DNA of 64,000 bases, taken from Promethearchaeota archaeon. GTDB lineage: Archaea; Asgardarchaeota; Lokiarchaeia; Sigyniarchaeales; SOKP01. The position numbers were made by a program, and so were the translations under genes. A model generated the notes under the pieces. That model was not told the origin of the DNA and ran no database searches. It saw nothing but the letters and a program-made list of their open reading frames with translations. The stretch's first letter is position 1; each line of letters starts with the position of its first letter. Shown here piece by piece: positions 31,701-40,432 of the stretch. The stretch spans positions 64,001 to 128,000 of the forward strand of contig JBHLLU010000002.1 of NCBI GenBank assembly GCA_048938895.1, given 5' to 3'.

Positions 31701-31729
31701 ACAATAGAATAATAAAAAAAGGAATTAAA

Positions 31730-33232
31730 ATGACAGTTTCATCTCACAATAATATAATAAAGAATTCGGAAGGGATTTTTCAAACGCTAATTACTCATAT
31801 TAATTATATAATTATCGAGTTAGATTTAAATGGTAATATTATTTATATGAATGCTCAAGCAAATAATCTCTTAGGATACAATTCAGAAGAAATTTTAGGA
31901 GTAAATTGTTTTAAATTCATCCACCCCGAAGATCATTTAAAATTAATTAGTAAAATGAAATTTTTAATACAATATGGGGGTTCAATATCAGATGAATACA
32001 GAATATTGCATAAAAGTGGGCAATATCTACTGCTTTCTATAAATGGAACTGTACAAAGGGATAAAAGATCCATCATACTTATTGCAATATTACAAGATGT
32101 TTCCCAGATAAAAAAAAAAGAAGAAAAATACCGATTTATTACAGAAAATATTAATGATATTATTACAGTGTTTGATGATAAACTTGATTTAATATTCATA
32201 AATGAAACTCCAGAAAAAATGTTAGGCTTCTCCAAAGAAGAGATGATTGGGAAATCTGTTTTTGATTTTTTACATCCTTATGAATTAAACAATACTACGG
32301 ATATATTCTTGAAAACATTAAAAGAGGGTCAAGGGAGGGGACAATTTAGAATACGCCTGAAAAATAATTCATATAAATGGATGGATATAAACGGAAAAGT
32401 AACCATTGATTCAGAAGGAAATAAAAAGATGATATTAGTATCTCGAGATATTACAGAAGAAAAAGAAATAGTAAAAAGACTTAAAGAATCTAAACAAGAA
32501 TTAAAAGAAAAGAATTTAGAGTTGGAAAAAATAAACTTCCTGAAAAATGAATTTCTTTGTAGAGCTTCTCATGAATTAAAAGCGCCATTAGTAGCTATAA
32601 AAGGTAATGCTGATTTAGCACTCAAATTACATTATGAAAATTTAAAACCAGAATTAATTGTGATGCTAAATGAAATTCAAAATAAAAGTGAACAACTGAA
32701 TAGAATCATTAATAAACTTATATCAAGTTCCAAATTAGAAACTAGTAAAATTGAACTGCGAACTACCAAAGAAGATTTAAGATCTCTAATAGAAGGATGC
32801 GTGAATGAGCTGCAAACTTTCGTTAAAGTGAAAAATTTTAGAATTAAATTAGACTTAAATCATCCTATAATTACGAAATTTAATAAAGAACAGATACATG
32901 AAGTTATTACGAATCTTTTGACCAATGCGATAAATTATTCCCCTCCTGGAGGAATTATAGAAGTAAAATCTAAAATGAAGGGTAATACTATTATTACATC
33001 TATAAAAGATGAAGGCCTTGGCTTTACCGAAGATGAGAAAAAAAAACTATTTCAAAAGTTTGTAACAATAAACAGAAAAATTAAGCAATTTGATGTTTTA
33101 GTTGAAGGTTCAGGTTTGGGTTTGTATATTACAAAAAGTATATTAGAATTGCATGGAGGAGAAATTTGGGTTGAATCAAAAGGTAGAAATAAAGGTTCAA
33201 CCTTTTATTTTACACTTCCAAAAACATTGTAG
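31730..33232 (+). CDS. Sensor histidine kinase, 2 PAS domains (close paralog of 24472..26346)
   Basis: ASHELKAPLVAIKGNADL, NLLTNAINYSPPGG, GSGLGL. Confidence 0.9.
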   Translation: MTVSSHNNIIKNSEGIFQTLITHINYIIIELDLNGNIIYMNAQANNLLGYNSEEILGVNCFKFIHPEDHLKLISKMKFLIQYGGSISDEYRILHKSGQYLLLSINGTVQRDKRSIILIAILQDVSQIKKKEEKYRFITENINDIITVFDDKLDLIFINETPEKMLGFSKEEMIGKSVFDFLHPYELNNTTDIFLKTLKEGQGRGQFRIRLKNNSYKWMDINGKVTIDSEGNKKMILVSRDITEEKEIVKRLKESKQELKEKNLELEKINFLKNEFLCRASHELKAPLVAIKGNADLALKLHYENLKPELIVMLNEIQNKSEQLNRIINKLISSSKLETSKIELRTTKEDLRSLIEGCVNELQTFVKVKNFRIKLDLNHPIITKFNKEQIHEVITNLLTNAINYSPPGGIIEVKSKMKGNTIITSIKDEGLGFTEDEKKKLFQKFVTINRKIKQFDVLVEGSGLGLYITKSILELHGGEIWVESKGRNKGSTFYFTLPKTL

Positions 33233-33264
33233 ATAAATCTAAATTAAAAATAGGGGATAAAATT

Positions 33265-33426
33265 ATGTATGAATATAACTATTTAAAGAAACTGATTCAG
33301 TTTCTCATAAATCGAGATCCACAATCGAATATTTATGCTGGTTGGTTGGAAACATTACAAAATTTAGAAACGAAAAGCAATGAACTTCGAAAGATGATAA
33401 ATGAAGAAGTGAAACGATATCGTTAA
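33265..33426 (+). CDS. Small hypothetical protein (53 aa)
   Basis: ATG after GGGGA; MYEYNYLKKLIQFLINRDPQ...EEVKRYR*. Confidence 0.5.
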   Translation: MYEYNYLKKLIQFLINRDPQSNIYAGWLETLQNLETKSNELRKMINEEVKRYR

Positions 33427-33503
33427 AGAATGAGATTATGGATTATCGTTTATGAATAATTATGTTAAATAAAAGAAACTCGTTTTATAGAGGTATATTA
33501 CTA

Positions 33504-33764
33504 ATGGATTCTTATGATAAGGATATAAGTTTAGTGAATAAAAATGATGAATTTCAAATGTGGTTAAAATATCTAAAGGAATTAATTAATAAAAAAACAG
33601 AGACATTGTCAATTCTGCAATTTAAAAACTATAAGCTTTTAACATTGGCTATCTGGGAGGATAACTTTGTCAAAAAATATTTTAAAAGAAGTATAGAAAG
33701 AAATGAACTTAGTCAAGATCTAAAAGAAACAATAATAACAATATTAAGAGCCAAACTGAAGTGA
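33504..33764 (+). CDS. Small hypothetical protein, paralog of 31428..31700
   Basis: Start moved to ATG 33504 (GAGGT RBS; alignment MDSYD vs MDCYD). Confidence 0.72.
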   Translation: MDSYDKDISLVNKNDEFQMWLKYLKELINKKTETLSILQFKNYKLLTLAIWEDNFVKKYFKRSIERNELSQDLKETIITILRAKLK

Positions 33765-33797
33765 TTTTTATTGTTAAGAACGCTACGTAAAAGAGAT

Positions 33798-33947
33798 ATG
33801 AGAAAAGTTCTAAAAAACCTTGATCTGTTCAAACAAATAGAAATATTTAAACGTGGAGAAGACACACAGGGATTAAAAGTTTTTTTATGGGAACAAAAAA
33901 CAAAATCATGGAGAAGAGTTATTAATTTAGATCAAGAGATTAAGTAG
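33798..33947 (+). CDS. Small hypothetical protein (49 aa)
   Basis: MRKVLKNLDLFKQIEIFKRG...WRRVINLDQEIK*; may start at TTG 33771. Confidence 0.4.
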   Translation: MRKVLKNLDLFKQIEIFKRGEDTQGLKVFLWEQKTKSWRRVINLDQEIK

Positions 33948-34232
33948 GTTTACTGATAAAATTGTAGAAGTGTGTTCAATTAGATTCATGAGTATTATGG
34001 ATATTGTTTAAACTTTCTTCACTAAATAATTCCTCAATTTTTTGTTGATATATTTAGAAGAAAAAAACAGAGAAAGCATATTTTTTTCATTAAGTTAATT
34101 TAACTTTTAGAGCGTCAGCTAAGCGTTCAAGCTTATTTGCTGTAGCAGAGTATATCACTAAATTCATTAAAAATAACAAATCTGTACAAAAAAGAATCGA
34201 TTTTTAAATTTCCTTTTTTTTGATCAAAGATG

Positions 34233-35018
34233 TTAATCTAATTTTCTTATTACAAAACTTCTATGTGAAACTGAAGCATGTTGAATCCCTTCATAGATAT
34301 AACTTATATTTTCATCCCTTTGCTGCATCCCTATAATGTAAAGCATAGGTAAGTAGTGCTCATTAGTTTGAAAACCCCTTTTGCTTAATTCTATTAGATC
34401 ATAATTAACTAAAACATTGATATCATGTGAATCTAGTGCGTTTTTTTGAATACTGTCTAATTCAACAGCCCATTTAAATGGTTTTGCATTCATATCCCAA
34501 TTAATTTCCCTGAATGTATGGATTAGATTACCACTTCCAATAAAAAGATAATTCTGTTCTCGTAATTTAGCTAATTTTTGTCCAAGTTCATAGTGATATT
34601 GTGGAGCGTATCTAATATCTAGGCTTAATTCTATTACCGGAATTGCTCCTGAAGGCAATAAATTCTCTAATACAATAGTCGCAGCGTGATCTATTCCCCA
34701 TTCATTTGTAGTGCTTAAGGTCTCTGGTAATAATCGAGTAATTTCATTAGCAATTTTAGATGATCCTTTAGCGGGATAAATATATTCATAAAAATGTTTA
34801 GGAAAACCATAATAGTCATAAACCATCTTGGGATGATCATCATTTGTTAATAGTGTTCCATGAGTCAACCAATGTGCCGAAATTATTATAATTGCTCTCG
34901 GTTTATACTTAGAGAATAAGTGTTTGCCAAAATCTTTCAATGATTTAGTAAAATCATTTTCATTAAATATATTATAAGGACTCCCATGACCTATAAAGAG
35001 CGCAGGTAATCGTGTCAT
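34233..35018 (-). CDS. Extradiol ring-cleavage dioxygenase, LigB/DODA (YgiD-like)
   Basis: PALFIGHGSP, ISAHW, YDYYGFP, WGIDH, GSGNLIH, EHYLP. Confidence 0.88.
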   Translation of the reverse strand: MTRLPALFIGHGSPYNIFNENDFTKSLKDFGKHLFSKYKPRAIIIISAHWLTHGTLLTNDDHPKMVYDYYGFPKHFYEYIYPAKGSSKIANEITRLLPETLSTTNEWGIDHAATIVLENLLPSGAIPVIELSLDIRYAPQYHYELGQKLAKLREQNYLFIGSGNLIHTFREINWDMNAKPFKWAVELDSIQKNALDSHDINVLVNYDLIELSKRGFQTNEHYLPMLYIIGMQQRDENISYIYEGIQHASVSHRSFVIRKLD

Positions 35019-35133
35019 ATTTAGAAATTTAATTTGGATTATTTGAATTTACCTTCTTAAAATGATAAATGTCTCTAATCATTAGTTAATAAAATATAAA
35101 TCTTTAATCATTGGTTATTGTAAAAAATTTCAA

Positions 35134-37497
35134 TTAACCCATCTTGACCTTAATAATATGCTTTTTACCATCATTGAATACTGGTAAAAGATTACCTTCG
35201 ATATCTTTATCATCAATCGTAGCCTTTTTTATTCCTATTGATATTCGTTCTGGATTTAGAACTGATATATCATATACCGCATTTCTAAATTTCCGAATTA
35301 CTCTATATTTATTCCAATCTTTCGGTATGCACGGATTTACTTTTAAACCTTTAAAAGTAGGTCTTAACCCGAGGATCCAATCCACGGCGGTCTTCATTGT
35401 CCATGAGGCAGTTCCTGTCAGCCATGAATTCTTGGCTGTACCGAACTTTGGATGATCATTACCAGTTATCATTTGAGAATAGATATAGGGTTCAGTTTTG
35501 TGTATTTCAGCAATCTTATTTTTTGTAGTCGGAATAATTTTTTTATAATATTCATAAGCAATATCACCTCGTCCTAAAATGCATTCTGCTATTACTGCCC
35601 ATGGATTAGTGTGGCAAAAGATGCTAGCATTTTCTTTAAGACCTGGTGGAAAAGTAGAAATTCCCCCCATTTTAGGATAAAAACGTGAAAACGGTGGGTA
35701 TAATAATTTAATACCGAAATCAGTGTTAAGAAATTTCCGAACAGAATTCATACATTGGAAACTCCGCTCTTTTGAAGCAATACCACTAAATACAGCCCAT
35801 GATTGAGTATTTAAAAAAATTTTACCCTCATTGTTATTCTGACTACCAATCACTTCTCCATCATCATCAAAAGCACGGACATACCATTCTCCATCCCAGG
35901 CGTTTTTATTTATGTTATCTTTAACCCTTTTAGCCAGATTATTATATTCATTAAAATCATTTTTAAGATTGAATCTTTCTGCTATTTCTCCTAATTCTAA
36001 TAATGCCTTATAGAATTGCATAGCGACCATCACGCTCTCTCCATTTTTATTAGGACCATGAAGTTGAAGTGTATCGTTCCAATCTGCCGTACCTATCAAA
36101 GGAAATCCATGTGGGCCTATATTATCACTCGTGAATTTTATCGCTCTTTTCAGATGCTCATAAAAAATTTCTTCAGATCCCTCAACAAATTTAATTTCTT
36201 CTTCTAAAATGGACAGATCTCCTGTTTCTTTTAAATAATTACTAGCTGCAAAAATTAACCATAAATGGTCATCTCCAAAGAATTTCATCTTAGGATTAAT
36301 ATAATTGGGATAATCTCCCTTGCCTGTCAGAGGAAAATAAATATGATATACTTTTCCACTTTCGAATTGAGTTTTAGCAAGCTCTATTAACCGATCACGA
36401 ACTTTGTTTGGAAGAGCGTGACAAACACCTAAAGTATCTTGGTTACTGTCACGAAAACCAAGACCTCTACCTATTCCAGTTTCATAAAAAGAAACATATC
36501 GCGCCCAATCAAAAGTTGTTTTGCATTGATATGGATTCCAAACATTAATAATAGAATTGAAATCATGATCTGGAGTATCCACAATCAAATTCTGAAGATA
36601 ATTATCCCAAACCTCCTTTAAATTTAAAAACTCAATTTTCACATTCTCATCATTCCTATACTTATTTATTAAATGTTTTGCATGTGATTTTTCTTTTACA
36701 ACTCCTAAAATAAAAATAATTTCTTTAGTTTCGTTTGGATTTAACCTAACCTCATTACATGTAGCAGCAATAGGATTTCCTCCAAGAGCTTGAGAATTTT
36801 CACATCTCCCTTGTTCAACACTTATAGGATTTGCTTCAGAACGATAAGTTCCTACAAAAGCTTCACGATCACAATCATAACTAGTAATATTTCCATTTGA
36901 ATAGAAAAAAGCAATATACGTAGATAGATCGAATAAATGATAAAAAATTGTCTTATCATCTGCAGAATATCTGGAAACTGCAACATTTTGAATATATTGA
37001 AGATCTTTTTGATCTGATTCAGCATTCCATAAACAAAACTCAGCATATGAGAATATTTTTAATTCTTTTCTTTCTGAGGATTTATTTTGAACTTTTAAAA
37101 ACCATATTTCTACATCATCTTTAATAGGTACAAAATATAGAATCTCAGCATGAATTCCTTGAAAGGATGATGAAAATTTTGTGTATCCTAACCCATGTCG
37201 ACATTCATAATGATCTAGCTTCTTTATAACAGGTTGCCAAGTAGGAGACCAATATTCGGAGTCATTTTCACCTTTAATATAGATGTATCTCCCTGGTCTG
37301 TCGACAGGTAAATTATTATACCTGTATCGAAGAATTCTCAAATCTTTTGGATCAATATAAAAACTATATCCACCCCCAGTATTAGAGATCATAGCACAAT
37401 ATTTACCATTACTTAGATAGTTCATCCATGGAAGTGGTGTGTCAGGTCTAGTAATTACATACTCATTCTGTTCCTTATCAAAATATCCAAACAACAT
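35134..37497 (-). CDS. GH94 glycoside phosphorylase (specificity uncertain)
   Basis: GYFD..EYVITRPDTPLPW, GLGFRDSNQD, ADWND catalytic Asp, KENASIFCH, SWLTGTASW. Confidence 0.92.
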   Translation of the reverse strand: MLFGYFDKEQNEYVITRPDTPLPWMNYLSNGKYCAMISNTGGGYSFYIDPKDLRILRYRYNNLPVDRPGRYIYIKGENDSEYWSPTWQPVIKKLDHYECRHGLGYTKFSSSFQGIHAEILYFVPIKDDVEIWFLKVQNKSSERKELKIFSYAEFCLWNAESDQKDLQYIQNVAVSRYSADDKTIFYHLFDLSTYIAFFYSNGNITSYDCDREAFVGTYRSEANPISVEQGRCENSQALGGNPIAATCNEVRLNPNETKEIIFILGVVKEKSHAKHLINKYRNDENVKIEFLNLKEVWDNYLQNLIVDTPDHDFNSIINVWNPYQCKTTFDWARYVSFYETGIGRGLGFRDSNQDTLGVCHALPNKVRDRLIELAKTQFESGKVYHIYFPLTGKGDYPNYINPKMKFFGDDHLWLIFAASNYLKETGDLSILEEEIKFVEGSEEIFYEHLKRAIKFTSDNIGPHGFPLIGTADWNDTLQLHGPNKNGESVMVAMQFYKALLELGEIAERFNLKNDFNEYNNLAKRVKDNINKNAWDGEWYVRAFDDDGEVIGSQNNNEGKIFLNTQSWAVFSGIASKERSFQCMNSVRKFLNTDFGIKLLYPPFSRFYPKMGGISTFPPGLKENASIFCHTNPWAVIAECILGRGDIAYEYYKKIIPTTKNKIAEIHKTEPYIYSQMITGNDHPKFGTAKNSWLTGTASWTMKTAVDWILGLRPTFKGLKVNPCIPKDWNKYRVIRKFRNAVYDISVLNPERISIGIKKATIDDKDIEGNLLPVFNDGKKHIIKVKMG

Positions 37498-37618
37498 TTG
37501 AACTCTATACTCGCTAAATTTTAAAAAATATAATCTGAAGTTATTAATATAATTAATGATGCTGGGTATGAAATCAGATCAGGGGAAAAATATAAAACAT
37601 TATTATCAATTCTAAGAA

Positions 37619-38674
37619 TTGAAAAGAAAATTAGTATTGAATTACAGACTAGTTATGAACTCAAAAATCAAAATCAATAAATATATTACAGTTTGTTTAG
37701 AACATAATAAAATATTGATTTATATCCAAGGAGAAAGATTCCAAGAACTTGAGTATTCCTTCTTAAATAGAATATTAAATGCTAACAAAGATAAAATAAA
37801 GGAAACAATAACTCAAGGTAAAATTTACTGGAATCATCATAAATTTAACTCAAAAAATGAATGTTTCCACATTTTCGTTAATATTTTGAAATTTTGGATT
37901 CGAAATAATTATGATACTGGTATCTTACTATATAATTTTTCATTTCCTTTACTAAAAAAATTAGTTGAGGTTGGAGATCCCCAAGCAAAAAAGGCATTTA
38001 TTAATGAAATTCTAAAGAATCTGTGGGGTGCTGATCCATTAGTTGTAAAATATCTTATTAATGAAAAATATGATGATTATGTAGGTATTTATAATACCAG
38101 AAGAAATATTCATACCCCTAATATTAAGGGAATAAAACTCACTTTGATTATTTGTATTTTGAATATTTTTATTTATATTCTTTTCACTGAGGTTTTTCAC
38201 ATAGAGGAAATCTTTATTTTTGACTTACCTAAAATTATAAATAAATTTGAATTATGGAGAATATTTACTTCAATTTTTATACATTCAGGAAGATTTTCTT
38301 TACTCATTAACACTTTTTTTTTAATTAGTGTAGGTTCATACTTCGAAATCAATAATCTTATTTCTAAACATGTATATTTGATCGTATATTTTATTTCTGG
38401 AATAATGGGTAATATTGGATATATGCTGATATCTTCACAAATATCTTATTACGTTTCATCAGCAGGAGCTTCAGGAGCAATATTCGGATTAACTGGAGCT
38501 TTTATCATCGTTTTAATAATAAAGGAGAAGTATTACTGGTCAATAATATATAGTGCTATTTGCGGATTCTTCTATTTTTATACAATCGATCCCCAGATTA
38601 ATTATATTTCTCATCTTTTTGGATTTATTACTGGAATTATCATATACGTGTTAGTATATGTTATGGAAAATTGA
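37619..38674 (+). CDS. Rhomboid intramembrane serine protease with N-terminal soluble domain
   Basis: ELWRIFTSIFIH, GASG catalytic Ser, SHLFG catalytic His. Confidence 0.85.
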   Translation: MKRKLVLNYRLVMNSKIKINKYITVCLEHNKILIYIQGERFQELEYSFLNRILNANKDKIKETITQGKIYWNHHKFNSKNECFHIFVNILKFWIRNNYDTGILLYNFSFPLLKKLVEVGDPQAKKAFINEILKNLWGADPLVVKYLINEKYDDYVGIYNTRRNIHTPNIKGIKLTLIICILNIFIYILFTEVFHIEEIFIFDLPKIINKFELWRIFTSIFIHSGRFSLLINTFFLISVGSYFEINNLISKHVYLIVYFISGIMGNIGYMLISSQISYYVSSAGASGAIFGLTGAFIIVLIIKEKYYWSIIYSAICGFFYFYTIDPQINYISHLFGFITGIIIYVLVYVMEN

Positions 38675-38698
38675 TTTCTAATGAACTTTCGAAGGTAA

Positions 38699-40099
38699 TT
38701 ATCTCCATTTTTCTATCGATTTTTCTAAATTTTCAATTGCTTCTAATTCGCATATCTTGACATTTTTAAGAATTTCTGCTCCTTTCTTCCTATGTTCCTG
38801 AGTAAGCTGGCCATTCTCTGGTTCGAAGTATGGAAATAAGACCGTAAAATTTTCGAGATGTATTTTAGCATCCCTATAATTTTTACTTGCTTCCCTCAAA
38901 TTGAATCCTTGAGGAGAGTTTTTATATTTACGAGATAACCTATTTAAATACTCCGAACTTACATCTTTCGCATCGAAATAGTATATTCCTAAAACGGAAT
39001 TTCCAAAGATATCAATATTTTCCTCTTTTCCTTTATTTAACATTGATATCCAGAAATCATATGCTTGGGGACCAACATTATATTCTTCATTAGAAAATTT
39101 TATTCCTTTAGCAAGTTCGACAGCTCGCTCTAAAGCTTTTTTTTCTATAACTTCTGTATCTTCTCTTTCTTTTTTTGTATCAAAATAGTAGTATATAAAC
39201 TTATCAAGTATCTGAAGTTGATCAAATCTAACGGGGACTTCATCCCGTCCTTCTTTTCGATAATAACTACTTACAAGGTAACTTTCATTTCTGTAACCGT
39301 TAATTATACCAAATCCTGCACCGTGGATTCCAAATAGTATAACTGGGATATCATAATTATCTATAATTTCTTTAACTTGGTTAAATTGTTTCAAGGCTAA
39401 ATCAAGATCTTGTCCAACTATATTCCATTTTCCTGGACTTTCTCTTTTTTGTTCCCATTTTTTTAATTGCCAGCCAAAAGATTCAGTACCTCTATAAATT
39501 TCTTGCCAAGCATCATTAGGGTTTCTCTCTTTAATCAGGGATGTTCTGATCATTCCAGGTATACTTACTAGAAAGCAATAACCTGTAATACCACTTATGT
39601 AAACATAATCATGTTGAACTCCCAAAAAATTTAGAACTCCTGTGATTGAGGATATATAGGAGTTCCAACCTCCTTCGTATAAAGCAGGGATACTTACCTT
39701 ATTCTCGTTTATTCTTCTTTGGACTTTTATAAAATCTGGCCATTCAGGCCATTCATTCAGTATTTTTTCATGTTCATTTTGAGATTGATCATTAATAAGT
39801 TTATATGCATTAATTATGCTAACAATAAACTCGATACCAGCTTCGGTTATTTGATATCTTCCCCATTCTTCTTTTTCGACTAATTTTGATCTTAAGAGTA
39901 GATCTAGATGATGATTAATCGTAGTACGTTTGACATTTAGGCGATCTAGCATAAATGAAAAACTTCGAGGTCCTTTTAAGAGATATCCCAATATTACAAG
40001 ACGTTTCGAAGAACCAGCAGCCTTTAAAATCGTCGTAATATCTTTAAATGATTCTAATATTATTTCTGAAATATCATCTGGTGAACGCTCGTTTTCCAT
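38699..40099 (-). CDS. ArsR-type winged-helix regulator with large C-terminal domain
   Basis: SKRLVILGYL..GPRSF...RTTINHHLDLL...GRYQITEAG; divergent from the ABC operon. Confidence 0.8.
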   Translation of the reverse strand: MENERSPDDISEIILESFKDITTILKAAGSSKRLVILGYLLKGPRSFSFMLDRLNVKRTTINHHLDLLLRSKLVEKEEWGRYQITEAGIEFIVSIINAYKLINDQSQNEHEKILNEWPEWPDFIKVQRRINENKVSIPALYEGGWNSYISSITGVLNFLGVQHDYVYISGITGYCFLVSIPGMIRTSLIKERNPNDAWQEIYRGTESFGWQLKKWEQKRESPGKWNIVGQDLDLALKQFNQVKEIIDNYDIPVILFGIHGAGFGIINGYRNESYLVSSYYRKEGRDEVPVRFDQLQILDKFIYYYFDTKKEREDTEVIEKKALERAVELAKGIKFSNEEYNVGPQAYDFWISMLNKGKEENIDIFGNSVLGIYYFDAKDVSSEYLNRLSRKYKNSPQGFNLREASKNYRDAKIHLENFTVLFPYFEPENGQLTQEHRKKGAEILKNVKICELEAIENLEKSIEKWR

Positions 40100-40327
40100 T
40101 TTAAAACCTCTAGTAATAAAGACATATTTGATCTAAGCAAATAAAACTTTTTTATCTAAAAAAATAGTACATTTTTCATATTTGTATAATATTTATAGAT
40201 TAAAATTTATATTTAAAAATTTCTTAAATTTTATATTCTTAACTTAATTCAAACTACTTTATTAAGTCTACTTGTCAGTTACGAAACCGAAAAGTTTATA
40301 TATATATTGATGAAGATATTAGAATCA

Positions 40328-40349
40328 ATATACTATTTTTTTAGTATAT
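40328..40349. promoter_or_regulatory. Inverted repeat ATATACTA-N6-TAGTATAT, candidate operator
   Basis: Perfect 8-bp arms just downstream of a BRE/TATA-like AAAAGTTTATATATA upstream of the SBP gene. Confidence 0.35.
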
Positions 40350-40432
40350 CCAATATAATAAAAATTTGAGTGTTTTAAAAAACATATTTTTTTAGAAAAA
40401 ATTAAATACAAAAAAAATATCGGGAAAAAAAA

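Noticed and set aside
33762-33947. TGA at 33762 followed by an open in-frame stretch: selenocysteine or readthrough?
   Set aside because: The paralog at 31428 ends at about the same aligned position, the context is not a redox motif, and I saw no SECIS-like element.
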